Source: Mustelus asterias
Taxonomy: Eukaryota
Assembly (NCBI RefSeq): GCF_964213995.1
Contig: NC_135814.1
Location: forward strand, 103,726,001-103,790,000
Direction of reading: 5' to 3'
DNA length: 64,000 nucleotides
Made by a program: the position numbers and the translations under genes. Of this stretch, positions 50,995-64,000 are shown in pieces (the stretch's first letter is position 1; each line of letters starts with the position of its first letter). The notes under the pieces are model-generated. The model was not told the origin of the DNA and searched no databases. It worked only from the letters and a program-made list of their open reading frames with translations.

Positions 50995-52780
50995 ACAGGA
51001 ATGATTCTGCTCGACAGGCCTCAGGATTTTTTGTGGAGGTAATGTGATAAATGGAGGAAATGCAGCGTACTTGGACTTCAGGAACTCCTTGAGAAGAGAA
51101 AAGTAGAGGAGATTAACTGATATGGAATTTGCTGCAGGGTGGCAAACTGGATTCAAAATTGGTTAGAAGGGAAAAAACAATACGCGTTTTCAATTTTCTC
51201 AGAACTGCTGGAAATAAATAGCAATATCATAGCGGGTTCAGTTTTCGGGCCATTGAAGTGCAATATGTATATCAATGATTTGGACATAGGCCGAGAAGGA
51301 GTGGTATCCAAGTTTGCATTACCACCAAACTAGGCAGTATAGTTAAATCTTTGGAACATCAAAGGATATGCGGAAGCTGTGAAGAAGTTATTTAAAACGT
51401 GGCAGTTGGAATCCAATGTCAGTAAGTGCCAGGCGATGCATTTTGGTAAAAACTGATGATGTTCTGACAAGGTAGGGACAGTGATACTAAAGAGCAAAGG
51501 GTTTTGAGGTAAAGTTTCATAGAAATCATAGAAACCCTACAGTGCAGAAGGAGGCCATTCGGCCCATCGAATCTGCACCGACCACAATCCCACCCAGTCC
51601 TACCCCCACATATTTACCCGCTAATCCCTCTAACCTACGCATTTTAGGATTCTAAGGGGCAATTTTTAACCTGGCCAATCAACCTAACCCGCACATCTTT
51701 GGACTGTGGGAGGAAACCGGAGCACCCGGAGGAAACCCACGCAGACACGAGGAGAATGTGCAAACTCCACACAGACAGTGACCCGAGCCGGGAATCGAAC
51801 CCGGGACCCTGGAGCTGTGAAGCAGCAGTGCTAACCACTGTGCTACCGTGCCGCCCCTGTCACAGGGCATTCATTAAAGGCAGCACCTTAGGCACTTAAG
51901 GTGACAAAGAAATTAATGAAATTTTAGACTTTAGTTCTGGAGGTAAAGAGGGGACGGCACGGTGGCACAGTGGTTAGCACTGCTGCCTCACAGCGCAAGG
52001 GAACTGGGTTCAATTCCCGGCTTGGGACACTGTGTGGTTTGCACATTCTCCCCGTGTCTGCGTGGGTTTCCTCCGCGTGCTCTGGTTTCCTCTCTCAGCC
52101 CAAAGATGTGCAGGTTAGGTGGATTGGCCATGCTGAATTACCCCTTGGTGTCAGGGAGATTAGCTAGGGTAAGTGTATGGGGTTATGGGGATAGGGCCTG
52201 AGTGGGATTGTGGTCGGTGCAGGCTCGATGGGTCAAATGGCCTCCTTCTGCACTGCAGGATTCTATGATTCTATAAGAATCAATAAAAATACAAGAGTTA
52301 ATGAACTTACGTAAAACTTTAGTAAAATGCAAGTGAACCCCACACTATGGGTACAAGGCATTTTCTGGGATGCAGGTTAGCACAAAGAAATACAAAGATT
52401 ATTAAAAGAAATTGGATCTTTTGTGGCAATATGATAGAATACTTGAAGTTAAGTTAAGAAAGGATGGGAGAGTAGATAGATGTCCTCAGTACTACAGGGG
52501 TCAAGAATGAGAGGTCATGCAGACGGTATTAAAACAGAGGGCAAGAAAATCTTCTTCAGTGAATTGAGGGGTCGTGGAGTTTACTTCCAAAAGTAAGTGA
52601 CTGAGGCAAAACAATTGTGTAATGTTTAAGATTAGATTGATGACGGACAAAGGAATGGGGCTGAGTGGATAATAGCTGGGTAAATGTGACTAAAACTATT
52701 CGTTAACAGAGGATAAACATCAACATGAACACGGGTGAGTCAAAAGGCTTGTGTCTGTGATCTAGCTTTGTGTTTCTATA
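50995..52780 (+). mobile_element. Old CR1 RT remnant interrupted by two head-to-head HE1-like SINEs (51518-51857 minus; 51951-52273 plus)
   Basis: ANWIQNWLEGKKQ, GSVFGPL, YINDLD, VSKFA remnants; both SINEs are full length. Confidence 0.8.
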
Positions 52781-55700
52781 TGCAGCCCTCACAAAAGGAT
52801 TCTTGGATAACTTTGCAGAAAAAGACCCAAACCAACATTTGGAGCTCCTTCATTATTATCCAGCAACAGAGGATGCAAATCAGCAGCAGCTTTTTCAAAA
52901 CTCATCAAAATTCTGGCTAAGCGGCAAAGAGCTTGATAAATATCCATAGGCATTTTTAAAAATTGATGTTATGAGCCAGGGCAGCAGCAGGCAAGTAAAA
53001 ATCCATGACCTCTAACTCCATTCCTCTCTTTTTAATTCACCATCACAGAAGCAGTCCCACTTGGTCTGCTGGAAAGGAACCTTCTGTCTGGGGATTACTT
53101 GACAGCCGCTTTTGGGACCCAGGAAAAGATATGGTACGGGACACACCGGAGGACAAGAGGCCCTACCCTCTTAATAATATCAGCACTAGCAGCACCCATC
53201 TTATGCCTGCTAGAGTACAGTATCAATATAAAATGCCTAAAGATACCAGCTAAATCTCAATTGAATTATTGCCATGTGATTCACTCTAACCTCTGCCTGC
53301 ATTCTCCAACTCATTGACACATCAGGTCTGTTTGCATGATCCATCAGACTAAATTTTTTAAATTGTTGATTATTTGGTCCTGAGAAGAAAAGAAAAATCA
53401 ATAGAATAATTTATAATGCAAACTCCATCTTCCAGTCATTTCCCCAAGGCCTTAAATCAGCCATTTCGCCCACAGGCTAGATTTTAACAAACAGCAAAGT
53501 CCCAGATCAAACATGTGAAGGGTCACCAGTTCAGGTTTTGCTTACAGTACCAGCTTTGTCATGTAATATTTTAATTTTGCCCTGCTCAATTATTTAAACA
53601 ATCCCAAATAAACTCTGTGTACATCTCAAAGAAATGGACTTAAAAATAACAGCTAACACATGTTGACTTCATGCAACTTAGGAGTCAACCATTACACCGG
53701 GAGTATAATTGATAACTCTATGATTAGGCCTACCCAACAAATGTTTCCCCATTCCATCTGCTCCGAATTACTCATATCTTTGAAATTAGACACAAATTAT
53801 GTATGATGTAAGCCAGGGTACACAGCACGTACCAGAGGCTATTTACGAGTCATCTTGTCTTCATTCATGCGCTCCTCCCCCACATTGCCCAAACCCTGTG
53901 CTTCATTCGTGGCTTACTCTCTGAACATTCTTCAAAGGTCCCCACTGAGGCACCTGTGGCTACCTCCCTGTGAGCTGCAACCTTAGCGTCCCCAATCCTT
54001 CCCTCACTGCGCCTACTGGGACCTAATTTTGAAAACCACCTCGCAAGTCATTCACTCCACCCATCATCATTCTCCTCCATTTCCTGACAGGAAGTCCCAC
54101 AGACTCATGAGCAAGATCCCTTTGATTGATGACCTTATGAGTAATTGCATCATGGCTGTGACAAACTTGATTCACAGCTGGCACCACCCTGCCCCATACT
54201 GATGCCTCTTTGCCTAGTTATATTTTCCACCTCCTCTACTCAAATAGCAGTGTGGCCACATCACCAAATCATTCTTTTGGCTTTAGCTCCTACTCTTCAG
54301 GTGCCTTCTCCAATAATCTCACCTTATTCCACTCTTCTCTCTTTTGAAGTCTCCATTCTCCCCAGCTATGGGGAGGAGGGATATTGACTGCACCCCAAGA
54401 GGGCCACAAGAAAGTGTAGAAATGTTATTGCTATAGGGGCTTTGATACTCAAGAGATAGACAGGCATTTCTACAACCCAGATGTGTGTATTGAATGGTGT
54501 GTTAGCTCCCTAATGTTTTACAGGGATTCCTCTAAAAGGTACTGCTGCAATTACAGGCAAACTAAGTGAGTATTTAACAATCAGTTTATTTAATGTAAGG
54601 GCAGTCAAACTATGGGAGCTTGGAACCATTCTTGAATTGCATGTGAAGCTATGTTGTGCTACGTATATTCTATACTGACAGCGTGCAAAATAGGCAAGGT
54701 GGCGCCACTGCCTTTAGTGGGTCAAAAGTCTAACCAGAAGAGAGCTCTCTCTGACTACCTCCAGAGGCATCACCACCACCGCTAATGGCCATCTGAACAC
54801 CGCTGTCAAAGGCACAGCCAGTCACGTTTCCTGCCCTGCTGAGCTGCTCAGTATTTCAGTGCTCAATCACCAATCAGCAATATATTCTTCCTGTCGTGAG
54901 GCAACAAATACAACTAGGAAGCTTCAAAGACAACACACGCAGACTTGTTTTTCTGTTGCTCCAGCTGCCATGGAATACGTCTCACAATACCAGAAGCCAG
55001 TATCCGAATTTCCGAGCGTCCGGACAGTACTGCAGAACAGTTTCTGTAACTGCAGGAGCGCGAGGCTACGAATTAACTGGGAGATCCAAAAGACAATTAT
55101 TTTAAAGGACTGAGCCTCCACTTGTGAAAAATATTTGAAAATGAAAATTGAGTCGCCAAAGCTCCCAAGAAATTTTCTGAAGAATTCAATACACCAAGCA
55201 ATGCATAATTTAACACGGACCACATGTGGAGCACATCTTTTAGTCTTCTCATAAGGGAGGAGTAGCTGCAGCAAGTGGACACTCTACCCGATTTAATATG
55301 GCTAATCAATACTCCGAACAGCAAAGGAAGTCACGAAGGACTAAGGCCAGTGCTAGCAGCAGATATTTCCCATCAAACTGCTGAATACAGGGATAAAAAG
55401 CCAAAGTAACTTTAGCAGAAGGTAATTATAGTATTGGAAGGGACAATTAAAGCTGGATGGAAACAATGATTACAGTTGAAATGCTTCAACAAAGAATATT
55501 CAAAACATACAGGACTGCATTTAGCTAAGCATGGTGTGAGATAATAGATGATATTTCAACATTTATACTGCACAGTACCCAGCAGACAAACAGACAATGG
55601 GCTGTTCGAGTACACCCCCAGAGCTGTCAGAAAACCAAATTCATTTTTGGGACTCAAAGATGCTACTGTTGCACAGATAGCCTCAAAATCATTTCAGATC

Positions 55701-57247
55701 CCTGACGATTAATATATTCTGTGACTCTTCCTAAAAAGGTTAATTGGGGGAAAAGGCAAGGGACAGGAAAAAAAAGGACTACATACATTAATCCAAGGTA
55801 ACGCTGCACACCTCCAATAGTCATGAGAATATCAGAGACATTCCTTCAAGATGCGTTCCATTTAGCTGTTGTTAGAATTCTCCAGAGGGCCAGCAGTCAC
55901 ACGGAACATATGGTAGCTGCTGTGGTTATAATGCACTTGCAAAGCTGCATCAATCTCATCATTACAGGAAGGAGAGAGGAGGGTCAGGACACTAAGAACA
56001 CTGCTTTGTCAACACATATCCCCGCCCAATAAAAAGTCAAAGGTCACCGTCTTGCTCTCAGCCATCTGACAAACATTAAACAAGCAGACAGCGGATTACA
56101 GAAAAGAAAGAAACTGAATGCTAGAGATCCAAAATAAAAGCAGATCCGTCAGCATCCCAAAGTGATGGTTAATATTCTGGGTCACACCTTTTCATTAGAC
56201 TCCACGTCAGATCATCAGTTATACTAGGCAAGGCAAACGGATGCTCGCAGGAAAGATTTATGAATAGCTTGTCCTCTCCCCCCCCACTTCCCAACCCCGC
56301 CCTCTCACCAAATTAACAAACGATTTCAGCTTCCAGCTCCCTGTTATCATCGGGGGCTTCCTGTGTTCTCTTCAGGGACAACGAACCAAAGGGCACAGGC
56401 ATTCCAGTTCAGGGGCATGACACAGCTATAATCATCCCCTGACAAGCAGATAAACAGCACTGACAGGAATTTACAATGACCCCACAGACCACACCCCTAA
56501 CTTCATTCACTCACATTTGCTTCAGTTCATGTACGAGGCTGATGTCACAACAGTTCCAGTCGCCAAAAGGCAGGGGCCTTACTGTTCAGTTCCAACTTTA
56601 AAAAACTCACTTTCCAAATATTCCCTTTAACTCAGAATACATGAAAAGCAATGTAATGTGCTGGCAAAATCACCAAGATGCATTCTGGGTGCAAAATCTT
56701 AAAACAAAAGCAACTTGCCTTTCTATTTTCCCAAACCACAAGAGTGCAATGATTCATAAAGAACTTTATCGATCGCCCAAAACCAGCAACTGAAATCAGG
56801 CTGCATGACAAACACCCATGTTTCAGTCCATGATAATCAGGCATTATCCATTTACCCAGGTCCTCAAACAAAAAGCAGCAGTGCTCCACAGCCCTCCTCA
56901 AGCCATCCTGTCTTCTGCCTTGTATTTGCTGCCACGAAGAGAATGAATACCAATGTATGATGTGGGTGGAAATTGTCACAAGATCAGGAATTCCTACCAG
57001 CGTGCAGTGTTATTTAATTCCTTGGAGCTGTTGAGAGTGGTATGGACAAACAGTGGGGAGAAAGAAGGATGGTCACCAGGTTGGCACATATAAATCATTA
57101 GAGTCCTCATGCTGACCTCCAGCAGTGCTGCTGAACAAGTTAGAAAATTATTTTTCAGACTGCGAGATTACACAAGGACAATTCACCACCCTCTGCCTTG
57201 CAATAAGTTACTAAGTGGAAATGACATGGCTCATTTCCACTTAGTAA

Positions 57248-58417
57248 CATGCACTCAACCCTGGAACACCTAGATAACAAGGACACCTATGTCAGACCCC
57301 TATTTATTGACTACAGCTCAGCCTTCAACACCATTATTCCCACAAAACTCATCTCCAAACTCCGTGGCCTGGGCCTCGGCACCTCCCTCTGCGACTGTAT
57401 CCTGAACTTCCTAACTTGCAGACCACAATCAGTAAGGATAGGCAACAACACCTCCTCCACGATCATCCTCAACACCAGTGCCCCACAAGGATGTGTTCTT
57501 AGCCCCCTACTATATTCCTGATACACTTATGACTGTGTGGCCAAATTCTCCTCCAATTCGATTTTCAAGTTTGCTGCCGACACCACCGTAGTGGGTCAGA
57601 TCTCAAACAATGACGAGACAGAGTACAGGAATGAGATAGAGAATCTGGTGAACTCGTGCGGCAACAATAATCTCTTCCTCAATGTCAACAAAATGAAGGA
57701 AATTGTCATCAACTTCAGGAAGCATAAAGGAGAACATGCCCCTGTCTACATCAACGGGGACGAAGCAGGAAGGGTCGAGAGCTTCAAGTTTGTAGGTGTC
57801 CAGATCACCAACAACCTGTCCTGGTCCCCCCATGCCAACACTATAGTTAAGAAAGCCCACCAACGCCTCTACTTTCCCAGAAGACTAAGGAAATCTGGCA
57901 TGCCAGCTACGACTCTCACCAATTTTTACAGATGCACCATAGAAAGCATTCTTTCTGGTTGTATCACAGCTTGGTATGGCTCCTGCTCTGCCCAAGACCG
58001 CAAGGAACTACAAAAGGTCGTGAATGTAGCCCAATCCATCACGCAAACCAGCCTCCCATCCACTGACTCTGCCTACACTTCCTGCTGCCTTGGCAAAGCA
58101 GCCAGCATAATTAAGGAACCCACTCACCCGGACATTTTCTCTTCCGCTTTCTTCCATCGGGAAGAAGATACAAAAGTCTGAGGTCACATACCAACCGACT
58201 CAAGAACAGCTTCTTCCCTGCTGCTGTCAGACTTTTGAATGGACCTACCTTGCATTAAGTTGATCTTTCTCTACACCCTAGCTATGACTGTAACACTAAA
58301 TTCTGCACTCTCTCCTTTCCTTCTCTAGGAACGGTATGTTTTGTCTGCATAGCGCGCAAGAAACAATACTTTTCTTTTCACTGTATGTTCATACATGTGA
58401 CAATAATAAATCAAATC
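57248..58417 (+). mobile_element. Rex1/Babar-like LINE, 5'-truncated RT with stop codon and frameshift
   Basis: [34 protein letters not shown] (FADD changed to FAAD), KKAHQRLYF; tail aataaatcaaatc. Confidence 0.95.
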
Positions 58418-59099
58418 ATTCTCACTCATCGTGGGCCTATCTGGGGACAAACAATTAGCTCAAGATCACAGTTATATATCACAAGGTAGCAATTCCCCAT
58501 ATTTAAGAATCTGATCTTTTTCATTGCCGCCTCACAAAATTCAAATGCTCTCGGGCAGAGAGGAAATGAAGAGTTCCTCCTGACAGACCAATGGCAGTTG
58601 TGCCACACAAACAGACCCAGCAAAATGCTTTCCCCAATTTGCAACAAGAGCAGAAGGTCCGACTGGGCCATCAGCAGAAATGGGGAGAAACCAAAGGCAG
58701 ATTTGAAATGAACTCCAGCCAAATACAATGACCATAAAGCTAACTGATATTGAGCAGAATCAGTTCAAGCAGACTCTGTATGCTTTGGCTGGCAGTACAT
58801 TTAATCCACTTCACTTACACTTCAGATGAGCTGATACCAGTGTCAACGCATCAGTTTGACCCGTAAAAACTTGTCAACAGAAAGAATGGTTTGCAGCTAT
58901 TGTCTGTACCTTTGAAGGCAGTCTTCTGAAAAACCTCTTACAATACTCCATTTGCTGAGAGCTTTGCTCTCTATCTATACTGGAACAATGCTCCCAAAGT
59001 GACAATCCCTGGTAAATAACACAAGCCTGTTTAGCCCAACACACCCCTTACCTGTGTCTTCTGGTTGGTGGAAAGGCTAACCCACCCTGAGTCCCCAAA

Positions 59100-59330
59100 A
59101 CTCTCCAGCATCTATAAGGCACAAGTCGATGGAATACTTTCCATTTGCCTGGACGCATACGACGGAAACACTTGAAAAAAACACAACACCATCCAGGATA
59201 AAAGCAGCCCGCTTGATCAGCATTTCACCTACTAGTCTAAACACTAACCTCCTCCACGCAGCTGAAGTGCATACTATCTACAGGATATTCTGCAGCGAAC
59301 TGGTAAGACACTGATGAACCATCTAATACT
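59100..59330 (+). mobile_element. Degenerate non-LTR RT C-terminal remnant
   Basis: YKAQV..MEYFPFAW..TIQDKAARLI pieces across frames. Confidence 0.5.
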
Positions 59331-59625
59331 GAGCACCACTGGTGTCAAAGCATGTGGTCAGTCAGCACCAGCTAGTGCCTTAGGCAATTCCCTTGTGTCT
59401 GCCAAAGTTTTCAGAATAAAGCAGGCCAAGATCTACAATGTTACTTGTGTGTGTGTAAAAAAACTGCTCTCTTTCTTCCATAGTCACAAGATAAATATAG
59501 ACTTAGAAGATTATTTGGGCCATTTTAGTTAAACTAGATATATTTCTGCTTAGGAAAGTGATCCCTTTCCCAGTTATTTAATTTTCAATTATTTAGAAGA
59601 TGATCAATTTTGGGCAGTACAATTC

Positions 59626-59918
59626 GTTATTAGTGTCACAAGTAGGCTTACATTAACACTGCAATGAAGTTACTGTGAAAATCCCCTAGTCGCCACACTC
59701 CGGCGCCTGTTCGGGTACACTGAGGGAGAATTTAGCATTGCCAATGCACCTAACCAGCACGTCTTTCGGACTGTGGGAGGAAACCCAGGGCACCCGGGGG
59801 AAACCCACACAAACACGGGAAGAATGTGCAAACTCCACACAGACAGTGACCCAAGCCAGGAATCAAATCCGGGTCCCTGGAGCTGTGAGACAGCAGTGCT
59901 AACCACTGTGCCATCCTG
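59626..59918 (-). mobile_element. HE1-like SINE (tail B)
   Basis: Reverse complement of the tail-B consensus. Confidence 0.9.
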
Positions 59919-60429
59919 CATCCAAGCTTTAAGAAGTTTCTTTGTGAAACCAAATAATTTAAACCACTAGTTTAACTGCAGTTGAAGCCACAAAGTAAAA
60001 AAAAAACTGATTTACACATCACCTTTAAATCAAGTTTTATTTTATCACTGTAAAAATGGCAGAGTTAAGACCTCATCCACACCCCATATAATCTAGTATA
60101 CAACATAGACCAAGGCCCAGATTCATTCATGAAAAATGGATAAAAATAATCATTGTACAAGAGAGAAAATGGATAAACTTTTCCAGGATTGCAGATGCGA
60201 TTAAGAGGAGATCTGACAGAGCTGGTTAAAAATTATGGGGTGTTTTGATAAGGTATTGGAGAAAATTATTTTCACGGATTGCTAAGTCGCTAAATAAAGG
60301 GATAACTTAAAGTCTGTTGTCAAATAAGAGGATAAGATAAATGTTTTGAGTTGTGCATAGCTCTCCAGAGACCTAACAGACTGAGTGTCTTCTTGCGTGC
60401 TGCAAAAGATTAGGATTCAAAACAACCTT

Positions 60430-60810
60430 ATTTTTTACTTCCAATTTTCTTCTTCTGATCTGATTGCTGCTTCATCTTCGGCTACAGTTTCAAGGGTGTT
60501 GGTGGCTAGCCACAAGCAACTGTTTTTCCATCCCTAAGCACAGACGGTAAATATTTTCAAGTTATTTGAGCCCTGGGAAACAGAACTAAACCCACGTTCA
60601 CCCAAATTCGCAAATGCATACGTTCCAGCAGGAAACAACAGATAGGATTCAGACATGGAGACCCTGGCTATTTTGCATCTTTCAAGCATGGTTGACCGAG
60701 GTCAATTGGCTGAAATCAGCAGAAATTGGGGATTGCACTTGGGATCTTCTTGATCTACGTTACTCAGCTCTGCACTTGGCAATGCACGTACTGACTTAGC
60801 CATCAGGGAG
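60430..60810 (-). mobile_element. Ancient tRNA-derived SINE-like remnant (related pieces at ~5340-5800 and 42205-42330)
   Basis: Minus-strand head tccctgatggctaagtcagt...gatcccaagtgcaatcccc; weak similarity among copies. Confidence 0.35.
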
Positions 60811-61854
60811 ATGCAACAAATCCAGTTTCAATAAATGTAGGTTTGTGGGTGTGGGATGCAGGAGAGTGCGAACTCTCCTGTAATGAAATGTATAACCAAG
60901 CCTGTTGTACACTATAACACCGTCATCTTTCATACACTTGCATACAACATGTTGAGTAGCTATCCATTAGTCCATCTGTAACATAACCCATCACAAATTG
61001 CACTTAAGGAATCGAAACCAGCAACTTGTTCTTAGCATCAACCCACACGCGTTGAAATATCACCGCATGGAAAATCTTAAAGAATAGAGATCTGGTGCGC
61101 AAACACTTGGGGGAAACACCATTTTTAAAAATGACCACAGGAAAAAAGATCAAGTTTAATAACCTGCTGTAGCTTTTCTGATGACAATACTGACATGACG
61201 GACAGGAAAATCATTGCCAGAGTATTGGTAGAGCAATAACAGAACAATGAAACCATATTTAGGAGCATTTAGAATTTAAGATGACTGAGCCAAGAGAAAG
61301 CAGAAGTACTTGCACTGCATTTAGGCAATTGTTCAGGTAATTCTATTGAGTTATTAATGGAGACGTTTTAATTCGCATCAAGAGGGTAGTAACTTGCATG
61401 ACATTGGGTTCTTCCACTGTGAATGCTTCCAAGTTCCTCTGGAGGTACTTTCATTCAGGTGGTGAATTTTCATGCTCCTTTTCCTGAAAACATTACAATA
61501 TTTGAACACTTCCCACAGGATGCCTTCCAGCATGGCATCCAAGTGGCCATTCTTCAAGGTGAAGCAGACATGAATACCACCAAAATATTAAAAACTATGA
61601 GGAGGATTTTTTTAACTTTATTCATTCATGGGCCATGGACGTCACTGGCTGGCCAGCATTTATTGCCCATCCCTAGTTGCCCTTGTTCAGAGGGCAGTTG
61701 AGAGTCAACCATATTGCTGTGGCTCTGGAGTCACATGTAGGCCAGACCAGGTAAGAACGGTAGATTTTCTGCCCTAAAGGACATGAGGATGCAATTAGCA
61801 CAGTAGGCAAAAGCAAGATAGTGGCCTACTCACGACTGAAACTGCACATGTATA

Positions 61855-62525
61855 CGTGGTTATGGGATTGTATTGGTAACGTTACTGGACTGGTGGTCTG
61901 CAGGGCTAGACTACATCCAGAAACATGAACTCAAATACCACCATGACAGAATTTAAATGAAGTCTATTTGTTTTTAAAATGTGGAATTAAAAACACTAGA
62001 TTCAGTAAAATTGACCATGAAACATGTCACAACATGACCAACTGGTTCACTGATGTCTGTAAGGAAAGAAAACCTATGGTCTGGCCTATTCCTCGTATCA
62101 ATGAGGGTGACTCTTAACCGGCCTCAAGTGGCCCAGACAACCACCCAGTTGTTTAATTCACAAAAAAGAAGGCATCACATTCTCAAAGGTAACAAAAGTG
62201 GATAATAGGCACGGTGGCACAGTGGTTAGCACTGCTGTCTCATAGCGCCAGGGACCCGGGTTGGATTCCCGGCTTGGGTCACTGTCTGTGTGGAGTTTGC
62301 GTGGTCTCCCCTTGTCTGCGGGGATTCCCTCCAGGTCCTCCGGTTTTCTCCCACAGTCTGAAAGACGTGTTGGCTAGGTGCATTGACCCGAACAGGTGCC
62401 AGAATGTGGCGACTCGGGGAATTTCACAGTAACTTCATTGCAATGTTAAGGTAAGCCTTACTTGTGACTAATAAATTAACTTTAAATGCTGGCCTCGCCA
62501 GCAACAACATCGCATGAAAAAAATA
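61855..62525 (+). mobile_element. Second-family SINE interrupted by an HE1-like tail-B SINE (62207-62484)
   Basis: Host tail breaks at ggataat and resumes at aaatgctggcctcgccagcaac. Confidence 0.75.
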
Positions 62526-62604
62526 TAAATGAGAAAAATCAGGAGAAAACTGAAGAGTATAATTGGAGACCCATGTCAAAGCCACTCATCACCAGATTTG
62601 TGAA

Positions 62605-62862
62605 TTTAAAAAAGTGTCCAGAGGGGGCAATTTTTTCACACAGAGGGTGGTGAGTGTGTGGAACGAGCTGCCAGAGGTAGTAGTAGAGGCGGGTACAATT
62701 TTGTCTTTTTAAAAACCATTTAGAAGTTACATGGGTAAGATTGGTATAGAGGAATGTGGGCCTAACGCGGGCAATTGGGACTAGCTTAATGGTAAAAACT
62801 GGGCAGCATGGACAAGTTGGGCCAAAGGGCCTGTTTCCATGCTGTAAACCTCTATGACTCTA
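62605..62862 (+). mobile_element. CR1 3' fragment
   Basis: Same subfamily as 16600-17030. Confidence 0.9.
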
Positions 62863-62929
62863 AAACATTTGTTTTAATCAACTGACACTGTCAGTTGAGG
62901 TGTCTGTGCACTGTTGGAGAACAGATATC

Positions 62930-63066
62930 CACCCCATCTGACGAAGGAGCTGTGCTCCAAAAGCTTATGGTATTTGCTACCAAATAAACCTGTTGGACTT
63001 TAACCTGGTGTTGTGAGACTTCTTACTGTGCTTACCCCAGTCCAACGCCGGCATCTCCACATCATG
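62930..63066 (+). mobile_element. Family P2 Penelope-like 3' terminus with hammerhead motif
   Basis: CCAT-CTGACGA-A-GGAGC-TGT-GCTCC-AAAA-GCTT-ATGG at 62934-62970, then ccaaataaacctgttggactttaacctgg...catctccacatcatg. Confidence 0.8.
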
Positions 63067-63535
63067 AGTTCACAGAAACAGTGCCTCATAGCCCATTATG
63101 TAAAACAGGAGTGAAATCATAGCTTGTATAATAAAAATTCTCAAAGGGCTTTCTCAAAACCTTTCGGAAACTTTAGCCTGCAGTTCTCTGGGTCTCATGG
63201 AGGAAAAAGTTACTAACAGCTGCCTGTGGTAGGAATTTCAAAGGCAGTAGCTTAGTAAGGGTTGGGATCGAAAGTGAGCAGACAGCTCAGTCTGCAGAAA
63301 GTTTCCTGCCTCAAGACTGAAACAAAATCCGTCATACTCGAACATTCTGATCACAGGGAGAGAAATAATGGAGAAATTCAAACAGCCCTGCCATTGCTGG
63401 ATCCACAATTCTCCTATAGCTCAGCAGTCACTTTTTACAAAGTCCAATTTTAGAGGTTTTTTTAGGAGCATTTGACAAATAAATTAAAGTAGTAATTAAA
63501 CAGTTCAAAATATCTCAACTATTTGGACCATAGAT

Positions 63536-63700
63536 GAATCATAGAACCCCTACAATACGATGGCGTGTGGGAAGAAACCGGAGTACCTGGAGGGAAACCA
63601 CACAGACACAGGGAGAACATGCAAACTCCACAGTCACCCAAGGCTCGAATTGAACCCAGGGCCCAGACACTGTGAAGCAGCAGTGCTAACCACTGTGCCA
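63536..63700 (-). mobile_element. HE1-like SINE, internally deleted
   Basis: Tail joined directly to core and head. Confidence 0.85.
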
Positions 63701-64000
63701 ACATGGAACCCATATTATTGCAATTTTTGCCTGCCACATTGGTTACTTTGGATTTAAATTTTGGTCAGCTTAACAACTAACAAACAAGCGTATATAAATG
63801 AAAAAGTCGAGAGGTCCATACGAGTTTCCCCTTGTAAGTGACCAAAATGCTTTCAATCATTTCATACAATGAAGCCTGAAGGGAAATTGTATAGTACACA
63901 CCAATTGGGAATACGTGCAGAGACACTTCGTTTTTAGAACTGCCACTTGGAAGTTAGCCCCTGGTCCATGCCATGAATGTATTATTAAATTGGTTCTGTT

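Noticed and set aside
56105-56205. Possible further P1 hammerhead remnant on the minus strand
   Set aside because: Too degenerate (CTAATGAAAAGGTGTGACCCAGAA) to support a call.
57249-58181. Functional RT gene
   Set aside because: Truncated Rex1-like copy with an in-frame stop and the catalytic DD changed to AD.
15603-62484. Dispersed repeats as a CRISPR array or prokaryotic defence system
   Set aside because: Eukaryotic DNA; repeats are ~300-bp interspersed SINEs with no regular repeat-spacer period and no cas-like ORFs.
5904-63757. Recurrent short ORFs such as MAQWLALLPHSARDPGSIPGLGHCLCGVC and MVSTAASQ
   Set aside because: Translations of HE1-like SINE copies, not a protein family.

Overview
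Vertebrate genomic DNA, almost certainly from an elasmobranch (shark); this is inferred from its repeats (HE1/V-SINE-like SINEs, CR1 and Rex1/Babar LINEs, Deu-domain SINEs). The only host coding sequence I can support is two minus-strand exons of RAPH1 (lamellipodin): the ATG-containing exon at 4088-4207 and the next exon at 799-901. The other ~60 kb upstream of the ATG is repeat-rich non-coding DNA, probably the first intron, with no obvious CpG island or first exon. It also holds one tRNA-Leu(CAG) gene or pseudogene. Most ORFs in the track are LINE fragments or chance SINE/low-complexity frames. The most notable signals are: (1) two families of tiny, mostly palindromic, often TSD-flanked Penelope-like elements carrying minimal hammerhead-ribozyme motifs whose helices covary between copies; (2) a ~320-bp-arm fold-back inverted duplication at 10617-11565; (3) a 78-bp locally templated inverted insertion at 9397-9474; (4) one SINE body found with two different 3' tails; (5) deeply nested insertions. 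Repeat family names come from recognition only, not database searches, and repeat boundaries are approximate.
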